From a virus (Duplodnaviria > Heunggongvirae > Uroviricota > Caudoviricetes), in the IMG/VR virus record IMGVR_UViG_2740892433_000003: a stretch of DNA of 30,819 nt, one strand, 5' to 3'. The notes under the pieces were generated by a model. It did no database searches. It had not been told where the DNA came from and saw only the letters and a list, made by a program, of their open reading frames with translations. The translations under genes were made by a program, and so were the position numbers. This document shows positions 18,163 to 27,469 of the stretch, one piece after another; position 1 is the stretch's first letter; each line of letters begins with the position of its first letter.

Positions 18163-19017
18163 TCAGCAGTTCGTCATCAGGGCGTCACCGCCACCGCCGG
18201 TGGCCTTGCTGCGGCGCTGCTGGGTCAGACTTTCGGTGTGGTCGAGGCTGTTTTTCAGGCGGGTGAATGCCTGGCTGGTTTCATCCGCCCTGTCAGTCAC
18301 ATCCTGCTTAAGTGCGGAAAAGGCGGTTTCCATCTCAGCGAGGCGCTGCTCAGTGGCGCTCAGTTTTTCCTGCACATGTTCAGCAACAGCGGTCACCGCT
18401 TCATGCACGTCATTCAGACGGGCGTCATCGCTGGCCTGTTTGCGGCCAAAAATGGATTTCACCTTTTCGGTCAGGGCGGTGAACACGGTTTCAGGCAGGT
18501 CTTCAAATTCCAGCTCAACAGGCGTTGCCACTGAAATCAGGTTTTCAGGGCTTAATTTGAAGCGGTTCAGGGGGTTGTGTTTTGCCGTGCGGCAGAATTC
18601 CAGGTATTCCGTGCCGAGGCTTGCCGGGTCATCGGTGACGGCCAGCCCCACCAGATAACATTTGCCTGTATTGGCAAAGTTCGGCTGAATTTCCATTGAG
18701 GTATAGACCTTCTGCGCGGCCTTGTTCATCGCGATAAGGTCATCGGTCGGGGTGATTTTCGCAAACAGCGCCCATTTGCCTTTCAGCGCCGAATCATCGT
18801 CAATCTTTTCGGCCTTCAGTTCGGCCACATCGCCATAACGCTTAAAAATACCGTCAGGCAGGATGCCGCGCAGATGTTCCAGGTTAATGCGGCAACCATA
18901 GACACGCGGGTCAAAGGTTTCGGCCATTTCCTGAATATCCTGCGCACTGATGACACGCCCGTCACAGGTGTCACCCTCAACGCCGATACGAAAGAATTTT
19001 GAGACTTTTTTTGCCAT
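18163..19017 (-). CDS. O: Capsid scaffolding protein gpO
   Basis: 284 aa from the ATG at 19017..19015 (MAKKVSKFFRIGVEGDTCDGR...) with CAGGAG RBS; an in-frame ATG at 19083 would add 22 residues, judged less likely. Confidence 0.85.
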   Translation of the reverse strand: MAKKVSKFFRIGVEGDTCDGRVISAQDIQEMAETFDPRVYGCRINLEHLRGILPDGIFKRYGDVAELKAEKIDDDSALKGKWALFAKITPTDDLIAMNKAAQKVYTSMEIQPNFANTGKCYLVGLAVTDDPASLGTEYLEFCRTAKHNPLNRFKLSPENLISVATPVELEFEDLPETVFTALTEKVKSIFGRKQASDDARLNDVHEAVTAVAEHVQEKLSATEQRLAEMETAFSALKQDVTDRADETSQAFTRLKNSLDHTESLTQQRRSKATGGGGDALMTNC

Positions 19018-19190
19018 TGTCAGGAGTCCTGAATAGTGATTAGAGGAGTCACATGTCGGCATCAGTTTCCCGACGATGCGCATCCTCCGCCATCAGTCCC
19101 GGATGGCTTATCACTGACACAACAGCACCTTAGCGAATCGCGGGGCGCGACTCAGTAGCCTTGCCGTGTATTCATCACGGCGAGGTATTC

Positions 19191-20963
19191 ATGACCATCA
19201 CCACAGACACCACTCTTTTACACGACCCGCGTCGTCAGGCGGCGCTGCTGTACTGGCAGGGGTTTTCCGTGCCGCAGATTGCCGCCATGTTGCAGATGAA
19301 ACGCCCGACGGTGCAGAGCTGGAAACAGCGCGACGGCTGGGACAGCGTTGCCCCCATCAGCCGTGTCGAAATGAGTCTGGAAGCGCGACTGACCCAGCTC
19401 ATCATCAAACCGCAGAAAACCGGCGGTGACTTCAAGGAAATTGACCTGCTCGGACGCCAGATTGAACGACTGGCACGGGTCAACCGCTACAGCCAGACCG
19501 GCAACGAGGCAGACCTTAATCCGAACGTCGCTAACCGCAACAAAGGCGGGCGGCGCAAACCGAAAAAGAATTTTTTCAGTGACGAGGCCATCGAAAAGCT
19601 GGAGCAGATTTTCTTTGAGCAGTCTTTCGAATATCAGTTGCACTGGTATCGCGCCGGGCTTGAGCACCGCATCCGCGATATCCTGAAATCCCGCCAGATT
19701 GGCGCGACGTTTTATTTTTCCCGCGAGGCGCTGCTGCGCGCCCTGAAAACCGGTCATAACCAGATTTTTCTGTCGGCCAGTAAAACGCAGGCGTATGTGT
19801 TCCGCGAATACATCATCGCCTTTGCCCGTCTGGTTGACGTTGACCTGACCGGTGACCCGATTGTCCTGGGCAATAACGGCGCAAAACTGATTTTTCTCGG
19901 CACCAACTCCAACACCGCACAGAGCCATAACGGCGACCTGTACGTCGACGAGATTTTCTGGATCCCGAATTTTCAGGTACTGCGTAAGGTGGCATCAGGT
20001 ATGGCCTCACAGAGTCACCTGCGTTCGACCTATTTCTCCACCCCGTCCACGCTGGCGCACGACGCCTACCCGTTCTGGTCAGGTGAACTGTTCAACCGGG
20101 GACGCGCCAGCGCCGCCGAACGCGTGGAAATCGACGTCAGTCATAACGCCCTTGCCGGAGGTCTTCTCTGTGCGGACGGCCAGTGGCGGCAGATTGTCAC
20201 CATTGAGGACGCCCTGAAAGGCGGCTGCACGCTGTTCGACATTGAGCAGCTCAAACGCGAAAACAGCGCCGACGATTTTAAAAACCTGTTCATGTGTGAA
20301 TTTGTTGACGACAAGGCATCGGTGTTCCCGTTCGAGGAGCTGCAACGCTGCATGGTCGACACGCTGGAAGAATGGGAAGACTATGCACCCTTTGCCGCCA
20401 ATCCGTTCGGCTCCCGCCCGGTATGGATTGGTTACGACCCGTCACACCGTGGCGACAGTGCCGGATGCGTGGTACTGGCACCGCCGGTGGTGGCCGGTGG
20501 CAAATTCAGAATACTTGAGCGTCACCAGTGGAAAGGCATGGACTTTGCCACCCAGGCTGAATCCATCCGCAAACTCACCGAAAAATATAACGTCGAATAC
20601 ATCGGTATTGATGCCACCGGCCTCGGTGTCGGCGTGTTCCAGCTCGTGCGCTCGTTCTATCCTGCCGCGCGCGATATCCGCTACACACCGGAAATGAAAA
20701 CCGCAATGGTGCTCAAGGCAAAAGACGTTATCCGCCGTGGCTGTCTGGAATATGACGTCAGCGCCACCGACATCACCAGCTCGTTTATGGCTATCCGCAA
20801 GACCATGACCAGCAGCGGACGCAGCGCCACCTATGAGGCCAGCCGCAGCGAGGAAGCCAGCCACGCCGACCTCGCCTGGGCGACCATGCACGCCCTGTTA
20901 AATGAGCCACTCACCGCCGGTATCAGCACCCCGCTGACATCCACCATTCTGGAGTTTTACTGA
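19191..20963 (+). CDS. P: Terminase large (ATPase) subunit gpP
   Basis: 590 aa from the ATG at 19191 (MTITTDTTLLHD...) with GAGGT RBS; the track ORF starts at a TTG at 19161; P2 gpP length. Confidence 0.9.
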   Translation: MTITTDTTLLHDPRRQAALLYWQGFSVPQIAAMLQMKRPTVQSWKQRDGWDSVAPISRVEMSLEARLTQLIIKPQKTGGDFKEIDLLGRQIERLARVNRYSQTGNEADLNPNVANRNKGGRRKPKKNFFSDEAIEKLEQIFFEQSFEYQLHWYRAGLEHRIRDILKSRQIGATFYFSREALLRALKTGHNQIFLSASKTQAYVFREYIIAFARLVDVDLTGDPIVLGNNGAKLIFLGTNSNTAQSHNGDLYVDEIFWIPNFQVLRKVASGMASQSHLRSTYFSTPSTLAHDAYPFWSGELFNRGRASAAERVEIDVSHNALAGGLLCADGQWRQIVTIEDALKGGCTLFDIEQLKRENSADDFKNLFMCEFVDDKASVFPFEELQRCMVDTLEEWEDYAPFAANPFGSRPVWIGYDPSHRGDSAGCVVLAPPVVAGGKFRILERHQWKGMDFATQAESIRKLTEKYNVEYIGIDATGLGVGVFQLVRSFYPAARDIRYTPEMKTAMVLKAKDVIRRGCLEYDVSATDITSSFMAIRKTMTSSGRSATYEASRSEEASHADLAWATMHALLNEPLTAGISTPLTSTILEFY

Positions 20964-21997
20964 TGAGCAAGAAAAAAGGGAAAACACCGCAACCTGCGGC
21001 AAAAAAAATGACCGCCAGCGCCCCGAAAATGGAGGCATTCACCTTTGGTGAGCCGGTGCCGGTACTCGACCGCCGTGACATTCTGGATTACGTCGAGTGC
21101 ATCAGTAACGGCAGATGGTATGAGCCACCGGTCAGCTTTACCGGTCTGGCAAAAAGTCTGCGTGCTGCCGTGCATCACAGCTCACCGATTTACGTTAAAC
21201 GCAATATTCTGGCCTCGACATTTATCCCGCATCCGTGGCTTTCGCAACAGGATTTCAGCCGCTTTGTGCTGGATTTTCTGGTGTTCGGTAATGCGTTTCT
21301 GGAAAAGCGTTACAGCACCACCGGTAAGGTCATCAGACTGGAAACCTCACCGGCAAAATATACCCGCCGTGGCGTGGAGGAGGATGTTTACTGGTGGGTG
21401 CCGTCCTTCAACGAGCCGACAGCCTTCACGCCCGGCTCCGTGTTTCACCTGCTGGAGCCGGATATCAATCAGGAGCTGTACGGCCTGCCGGAATATCTCA
21501 GCGCCCTTAATTCTGCCTGGCTGAATGAATCAGCCACACTGTTCCGCCGCAAGTATTACGAAAACGGCGCTCATGCCGGATACATCATGTACGTCACTGA
21601 TGCCGTACAGGATCGCAACGATATCGAAATGCTCCGCGAAAACATGGTGAAGTCGAAAGGCCGCAACAACTTTAAAAATCTGTTTCTCTATGCCCCACAG
21701 GGGAAAGCCGACGGCATCAAAATTATCCCGCTCAGTGAAGTGGCAACGAAGGACGATTTTTTTAATATCAAAAAAGCCAGCGCCGCTGACCTGCTGGACG
21801 CGCACCGCATCCCCTTTCAGTTGATGGGCGGCAAGCCGGAGAACGTCGGGTCGCTGGGTGATATTGAGAAAGTGGCAAAGGTCTTTGTCCGCAATGAGCT
21901 TATCCCGCTACAGGACAGGATCCGCGAGATAAACGGCTGGCTCGGCCAGGAGGTCATCCGCTTTAAAAACTACTCACTGGACACTGACAACGGCTGA
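20963..21997 (+). CDS. Q: Portal protein gpQ
   Basis: 344 aa, P2 gpQ length; ATG overlaps the P stop (TGATG) with GGAG upstream. Confidence 0.92.
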   Translation: MSKKKGKTPQPAAKKMTASAPKMEAFTFGEPVPVLDRRDILDYVECISNGRWYEPPVSFTGLAKSLRAAVHHSSPIYVKRNILASTFIPHPWLSQQDFSRFVLDFLVFGNAFLEKRYSTTGKVIRLETSPAKYTRRGVEEDVYWWVPSFNEPTAFTPGSVFHLLEPDINQELYGLPEYLSALNSAWLNESATLFRRKYYENGAHAGYIMYVTDAVQDRNDIEMLRENMVKSKGRNNFKNLFLYAPQGKADGIKIIPLSEVATKDDFFNIKKASAADLLDAHRIPFQLMGGKPENVGSLGDIEKVAKVFVRNELIPLQDRIREINGWLGQEVIRFKNYSLDTDNG

Positions 21998-22002
21998 ACA
22001 AC

Positions 22003-22024
22003 GCCGCCTGCGGGCGGCTTTTTT
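22003..22024 (+). terminator. Rho-independent terminator downstream of Q
   Basis: Stem gccgcc(22003-22008)/ggcggc(22013-22018), loop tgcg, followed by TTTTTT (22019-22024), 6 nt after the Q stop. Confidence 0.7.
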
Positions 22025-22166
22025 ATAACCCGCCATCACGCCCTCACACACTCACCACCGCACAAAACAGCCCGCAGACACACCAACGCCCCGGTGCACA
22101 ATCTAAACGCCATCAAGACGCGCTCAGACGCTGAAAAAATAAAATCAGCACCACCGCCAGCGCGCA

Positions 22167-22185
22167 GTGCTTTCCCCGCCTCGCC
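22167..22185 (-). other. cos: cos site: 19-nt cohesive-end sequence GGCGAGGCGGGGAAAGCAC (read on the minus strand)
   Basis: Plus strand gtgctttccccgcctcgcc is the reverse complement of the recalled P2 cohesive end; it lies between Q and the replication/cargo region, in the expected position and orientation. Confidence 0.65.
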
Positions 22186-22316
22186 CGCCCGCTTCATGGG
22201 GCGCTTTTAATGCAACAATGCGTCCTCACGAAAATAGGCAGGATAATCTCTAAACAATAAAACCTTCAAACTACCAGTACATGCAAATACATGCACTGGT
22301 ATGCAAATGATAAACC

Positions 22317-24668
22317 TCAAAGTTCTGTGTATATTAGTTGTAACATATCTCGCGCGTAGCTTCTCATATCTTCATCAGTCCATTCACGGATAACGTGCAT
22401 AGGCTCATTTAGTTCAGTCCTAAAGCCATGAATTCTTCTGGCCGTGGCTGCGTCCAAAATACCATCATCAGCCAGTCGGCTAATACACACAGAAAAATCC
22501 GTTCTATCATTCAAGTTTCGTTCAGCCAGTTGTTTACGATAACGAGAACGGAATTCTGCTTCCAGATATGGCCTTAAAGATTGTATTATCGTTTTATCGG
22601 TATCTACACCATCTATAAAGCCAACAATCCTCTCATAGCACTTTTCATGGTCTGAAGCTATCAACTGCTCTACTTGTAGTGGTTCAAAATTAGAACCATT
22701 AGAACCTTGTTTGATCTGAAGGATTCTATCTAAGTTAAATTTTTTAGATGTCTTTGCTGCCATTCCTTTATAGTGTGTAGTAATAAACATCTGTTTTACA
22801 TTAGGCTGTAACTCATACAATCTCTGCAAAATACAAGATATTCTTTCCTCATCAAAACTTGTCACAGGATCATCCATAATCAAAATAGCTTTTGACTTCT
22901 CATCCTCAGAAAGTAAATATATTTTAGAAAGAAATATACATAGAGCTAAAGCCCGGCGATCTGATTCACTAAACAAACAATTAAGTTTGTTTTTTTCAAC
23001 TGACTTCCCATTAAATGAAACGTCAAGTTCATAAACAATTTTCGTACCTTGCCTGTTTATTTTTTTATTTATAGCGAACTTACTTGACCCAACAGAACAA
23101 AACAGAGAATTAATATGCTCAAAATATTTATTTAAAAATTCCTCCTGGCATTCTTCTAATGCCTTTTTATTCTCTTTATAGTTATTTTCTCTAACCTCTA
23201 TTTCTCTTTTTAAATCAAGATATTCTCGACAGGCTGGCTCAAGAGATAATCTTTTTTTATTAGCTTCCAATTCCCTAAGATCTTTATGATGGCTATCCAT
23301 CAATGCGTCTAATGCTGTGGCATTGACACTTTCTTTATACTTCACTAACTCATCATTGAGTTGCTGAATAATGCTATTATATGATTCTAATTCACCATAA
23401 ATTTCATTTTCAAATTGTAAAAGAGCCGAAAAGTCAAACTCCTTCATTTCATTGTATACAGCTAATTCTTTTTCATCATATATACGCTCCAGCGATTGCT
23501 GAGCCTCTAGCAGTTCTTGATTAAATTTTAATATATCATTTCTTGCCTGTTCATAAATACTGCTACATGAGGCAAGCAATCCTTTGTTATCTAATTCTTT
23601 TTTTATCTCCTCCTCTAAATACTGCGACAAAACACTAATATTATCCCCATGTATGCCATCAATTACATCTAGCGAGACAAATGAAAGGTTACTTCGTCTT
23701 ATCTCTTTTATTTCTTTTTTCATACTCTCAATGAAGCGTATAAATGACTCATCAAATGAATCTTTATAAGCATTAATCAGTTCTTTTGATTCTCCTGATA
23801 TATTTTGGCCGCAAAATGGACATATTTCTGAAACCATACTGAGGCCATTTGATGCCCATCCGTTAAAATGCTCATGAGCTTTTACTTTCTCTTTATGCCG
23901 TTCCAATATAGAAAGCGCATCATCATGAATTTTGGCCATCCCAGAAGAAAGACATTTGTTAACCCTAATGGAAATATCTTTCAATTTTGGCGTGCAGTTA
24001 ACTAAATCAAGTAATGGCCTAGCTTTAATATATTTTATGGATGCTTTTTTCTTCTCAATTTCTTGTATTAACTCAGTAACCCCGTTTATTTTTGACTCAA
24101 TAAAATCGAGATCTGTTATGACAGGTTCACTAATGGCATACTCATCAACATTAGTAATTTGATGTGATTGAATCAAACTCTTTTTATTTCTTAGCTCCCC
24201 CCTTAAACTTCTTAATTCTGAATTTTCCTTTTCCAATGCTTCAAAAGCAGCAACATTATCTTCACCCAAAATAAATGCAGTAACGCATTCAGAGTTTTCT
24301 CGATTAGATATCGTACCAGCCATTACATTTCTATGAACAAAACTCTGATCAAAGATATATAATTTGGAATCAGGTGGGGGTAATTCTAACCATTTATCTA
24401 CATTAAATTTAACAACTTTATTTAAATCACCCTCTGTGAATTGCAATTCAATCTTTGGAGTTACGTCCCCTTCCCCCTCCAGAATAGTCTTCCTGTTGAC
24501 AACTAATTCAGGAGAGTTCGTTGACAAGGAATAAAAGATGTCACAAAGAGTACTTTTACCATGTCTATTTTCACCGTAGATAACATTTATGTTATTAAAC
24601 TCATAAGAACGTGAATGAGCTCTAATATAGTTACCAACGCCCTCTATTGATTTAATCCTCTTTAACAT
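22317..24668 (-). CDS. Rad50-like split ABC ATPase (783 aa) with coiled-coil CPxC hook and C-terminal putative nuclease domain; RloC/PrrC-like candidate anti-phage effector in the tin/old cargo position
   Basis: ATG at 24668..24666 with AAGGA RBS; Walker A G32ENRHGKST40; Q-loop Q108 (IFDQSF); ~390-aa heptad-rich Lys/Glu segment with C283-P-F-C286 near its centre; signature-like S567ESDRRALAL; Walker B A594ILIMDD600; H-loop FITTH632; extra C-terminal domain 645-783 with R699-x3-E703, H747 and R750-x7-H758. Strongly AT-rich. No adjacent partner gene. Confidence 0.55.
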   Translation of the reverse strand: MLKRIKSIEGVGNYIRAHSRSYEFNNINVIYGENRHGKSTLCDIFYSLSTNSPELVVNRKTILEGEGDVTPKIELQFTEGDLNKVVKFNVDKWLELPPPDSKLYIFDQSFVHRNVMAGTISNRENSECVTAFILGEDNVAAFEALEKENSELRSLRGELRNKKSLIQSHQITNVDEYAISEPVITDLDFIESKINGVTELIQEIEKKKASIKYIKARPLLDLVNCTPKLKDISIRVNKCLSSGMAKIHDDALSILERHKEKVKAHEHFNGWASNGLSMVSEICPFCGQNISGESKELINAYKDSFDESFIRFIESMKKEIKEIRRSNLSFVSLDVIDGIHGDNISVLSQYLEEEIKKELDNKGLLASCSSIYEQARNDILKFNQELLEAQQSLERIYDEKELAVYNEMKEFDFSALLQFENEIYGELESYNSIIQQLNDELVKYKESVNATALDALMDSHHKDLRELEANKKRLSLEPACREYLDLKREIEVRENNYKENKKALEECQEEFLNKYFEHINSLFCSVGSSKFAINKKINRQGTKIVYELDVSFNGKSVEKNKLNCLFSESDRRALALCIFLSKIYLLSEDEKSKAILIMDDPVTSFDEERISCILQRLYELQPNVKQMFITTHYKGMAAKTSKKFNLDRILQIKQGSNGSNFEPLQVEQLIASDHEKCYERIVGFIDGVDTDKTIIQSLRPYLEAEFRSRYRKQLAERNLNDRTDFSVCISRLADDGILDAATARRIHGFRTELNEPMHVIREWTDEDMRSYARDMLQLIYTEL

Positions 24669-24936
24669 TCTTTTTCCTTAATTAATTGTTAAATGTCGCT
24701 TACGACCCACACAATAAATTTAAGGAAATCAATATAATGTACAACAACAAAACTCACAATACCTTACACGCTCGTTACCTACTGCGAATTTACGTTACAA
24801 CACTAATAATCAAGTTTGAAATTATAAAATTACCACATGGAATAGCCATACAGCAGAGGCACCTTTGAGCTATAGCTAAAATGTCTATTCTTCAAACAGC
24901 AAGTTTTCTCAATTTTTAACCACATTAATTTCTACA

Positions 24937-27204
24937 TCACATAAAATCTATCCACTCATCAGTAACTGGGTAAATAAATTTTTTCCCGTCATAATTTACT
25001 GTTGCGCCACGCGCCAGCGCCTCAAGCTCCCATCGCTGCGGCCTGATACCGTTCTGAGCAAGGTCAACGCGGATACGGGTAATTTGCATTCTTTCCGACC
25101 GGGTCAGTCTGGCCGATGGTGCAATTTCATGTGGTTTTAACGGGCTTCCGTTTCTTTGCTGACGGTTTGGCGTTCGCAGGTCGTGTTTTAATGCGCCCCT
25201 GAGCGCCCTCACGACCTCCGGTTCATTCCATTCAATAACACCGTCATCAACCAGATTAAGCACTGCTGCGGCGTGCTCAGAAGGTGTGGGAGCCGGTAAC
25301 GAAGTATCACCACCGGTGAGCTTTCCACAGTTATTGACAGGACTCCGAGGCGCGGCGATGCCGCTTTTTAAAGTCAAAGGCTCCACGACCGGAACTTTCG
25401 GCACAATGCGCCAGTCCGTCGTTCTGGTGATATGAATATGACGCGCGCCGAGATGCGGCGCGTAAATGCCGACCACTCTCTCGACTTCTTCCTCGTACTC
25501 GTTAACTTCATCCGACGGGCTACGGGCGACTCTGACAGTCTGGCAATCGCGCGGAACATTTGCCCCACCCTGCGCACTGATATACAACGCAAAATCGCCA
25601 CTGTCTGCGGCAGCGCGTGCAGCCTCGACGCGTTCGTCAAACTCATCAGCAATGCTGACGCCGCGAGGCAATTTGCGTAGTTCACGGTAAGCCCCCATTG
25701 TCGGCAGACCAACCGTTTTAAATTGCGGGATGCGCCACGTTGACGCCCATGCAGTAACAGCCGCGGCAGTATCTTTCAGAGGTCTGCCGGTATCGTTATC
25801 GAGCTGACCATCCAGTGCATAGCCGTCGATGTTTTTTGAGATGTATTTCGCGATATACCCCGCAGCACCGCCCCGATTAAGGTGTTTTGCCTGAAAACGG
25901 TTTCGCGCGGCTCCTCTTTCGTCGCCATCCTCTTTGAGCGCATAGCGACGCATGATTTCGATAATCTGGTTACGCTGGCGTGGATTACAAAAAAGCATCA
26001 TATGCCAGTGCGGCGTTCCGTCGTGGTGTGGCTCGACGACACGCAAACCGTAGACCTGTAAATCATTATCCTTGAATGCCGTGCGCATCAGGCTCCAGAT
26101 ACGGCAGAGATAACGCTGCGCATCCTTTGGATTAAATGCCTCATCGTTCCAGCCGTGATTAAGCTGAACGGTTTTACTTTCGCCTTTTCTGACCTGACGT
26201 GTCGGGTGATACTTTGACGGCGCGGTCAGCGTGATAAACATCCCCACATCACCCTCTGCGGCGGCGTAACGCTCAATACCGGCAATGGTGTTCATCAGCT
26301 CCATCCGGCGAATTTCAGGATTAGAAATACTGCCCATCACCTTACTGATAAGGTCGATGCGCTCGCCGGTTTCCTTGTTTTCAAGGTCACACGATTTAAG
26401 AAATTCCAGATTTGCCTGGCGGCGTGCACGCACATCACGAATGGCATGTTTACTGGCATAAGGAGAACGGTCTTTATTGACCTCCCCGACAGCAATCAGT
26501 AACGCCTCATGCCAGCGCATACGCTGGCCTTTAAGCTGATGAGTCCACCACTCATCGTTAAACAGGCGGGCAATGGCAGAATATGCCTGCCTCGTGGTCA
26601 TCTGTCCTTTACGGTATTTTTTCCAGTAGAGCGGGGAAATATTGAAAGCACGTGCAGCGCCAGCAACATGACCATAGAGGTGAGCCTGCGCCTCATCCGT
26701 AAACAGCGATTCTTTTTCGCCATGCGCATCCACCCAGGCATCGCAGAGTTCCTCATACATCATGAAAAGCTGCGATGAGATACGGGCGGCAAACTTTTTC
26801 AGCTCCTTATCATTCATCCCCGGCAGACGCGCATAATGGTCACGCTCTGCCAGAAACAGCAACGACGCGTCGGTGTTCATTTCATGGCGCTGATTCACGC
26901 GCTCAATGCGCGGCCATAAACGACGCTGAAAAGTGGATGTGAGGAAATAAAACCCGTGCACCGGGCTTTTATTGCGCCGGATGTAGTCATAGCGTGAAGT
27001 AAACAGCGAGCGCAAAAAGTAAGGCAGGCGGTTAATCGTGGATAAAACACCTTGCACCTGACGCATCTCGTCACGTGTAAGGGGTCTTTCGCGCCCGACG
27101 GCCTCGCGTGGCGCGTTCCATGCATAAGCACCGGTAAACGCCTTACCGGTGCCTGCAGCAAATGCTGACGGAGGGACAAAACGCCCGGAGGCTTTAACGG
27201 CCAT
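24937..27204 (-). CDS. A: Replication initiation protein gpA (rolling-circle initiator)
   Basis: ~755 aa from the ATG at 27204..27202 (MAVKASGRFVPP...), overlapping the upstream ORF stop by 11 nt; the track ORF begins at a TTG at 27246; P2 gpA size and position. Confidence 0.9.
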   Translation of the reverse strand: MAVKASGRFVPPSAFAAGTGKAFTGAYAWNAPREAVGRERPLTRDEMRQVQGVLSTINRLPYFLRSLFTSRYDYIRRNKSPVHGFYFLTSTFQRRLWPRIERVNQRHEMNTDASLLFLAERDHYARLPGMNDKELKKFAARISSQLFMMYEELCDAWVDAHGEKESLFTDEAQAHLYGHVAGAARAFNISPLYWKKYRKGQMTTRQAYSAIARLFNDEWWTHQLKGQRMRWHEALLIAVGEVNKDRSPYASKHAIRDVRARRQANLEFLKSCDLENKETGERIDLISKVMGSISNPEIRRMELMNTIAGIERYAAAEGDVGMFITLTAPSKYHPTRQVRKGESKTVQLNHGWNDEAFNPKDAQRYLCRIWSLMRTAFKDNDLQVYGLRVVEPHHDGTPHWHMMLFCNPRQRNQIIEIMRRYALKEDGDERGAARNRFQAKHLNRGGAAGYIAKYISKNIDGYALDGQLDNDTGRPLKDTAAAVTAWASTWRIPQFKTVGLPTMGAYRELRKLPRGVSIADEFDERVEAARAAADSGDFALYISAQGGANVPRDCQTVRVARSPSDEVNEYEEEVERVVGIYAPHLGARHIHITRTTDWRIVPKVPVVEPLTLKSGIAAPRSPVNNCGKLTGGDTSLPAPTPSEHAAAVLNLVDDGVIEWNEPEVVRALRGALKHDLRTPNRQQRNGSPLKPHEIAPSARLTRSERMQITRIRVDLAQNGIRPQRWELEALARGATVNYDGKKFIYPVTDEWIDFM

Positions 27205-27469
27205 ATGAGCCAAAAGCCTCTGAACAACGCCTGCTGAGTTGCTCAACCTGCGCGTTTAAATCAGCAAAAGACTTTGCGCTTCCGGTCAGAATATCGTGAT
27301 GCATCAGGCCGGAAACGAGCTGGCTTAATTTCGGGTAATAACCAACCACCGCCAGCCATTCCTGACCGGCGTTTTTACCGCTTTCCGCTCTCTTTTTCTC
27401 GTGGAGAATAAACTGAAAGCTGTCACTGGTAACGACATAACGTTCGCCAATTTCAATACGAATACTCAT
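27194..27469 (-). CDS. Hypothetical protein (91 aa), early operon, P2 orf83 position
   Basis: ATG at 27469..27467; translationally coupled to A; position matches the small ORFs between B and A in P2. Confidence 0.7.
   Translation of the reverse strand: MSIRIEIGERYVVTSDSFQFILHEKKRAESGKNAGQEWLAVVGYYPKLSQLVSGLMHHDILTGSAKSFADLNAQVEQLSRRCSEAFGSYGR

Noticed and set aside
19054-19075. Dyad TGTCGG-N10-CCGAC between divergent O and P as an Ogr-binding late-promoter element
   Set aside because: It does not fit the TGT-N12-ACA spacing recalled for P2 late promoters, and no exact TGT-N12-ACA was found upstream of O/P or V; left unassigned.
23584-24162. Small antisense ORFs (23584..23769 +, 23932..24162 +) inside the defence gene, considered as a possible overlapping antitoxin or partner
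   Set aside because: No RBS or start context and composition consistent with chance frames in AT-rich DNA; nothing supports a two-gene system.
22317-24668. Assigning the 783-aa ATPase to the Old (ATPase-TOPRIM), Gabija GajA or PARIS AriA families, which also occupy this hotspot
   Set aside because: Those families lack a ~390-aa hooked coiled coil; I saw no obvious TOPRIM-like acidic cluster in the C-terminal domain and there is no partner gene. This cannot be excluded without an HMM search.
24821-24846. Sigma-70-like promoter for the defence gene (minus-strand TATAAT at 24826..24821)
   Set aside because: The -35 match is weak (3 of 6) and the implied 5' UTR is ~150 nt; too speculative to annotate as a feature, mentioned only in a finding.
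24686-24868. 60-aa plus-strand ORF between gene A and the defence gene
   Set aside because: AT-rich and low complexity (runs of N/I/K/L), no RBS, and it lies in the likely promoter/leader of the defence gene.
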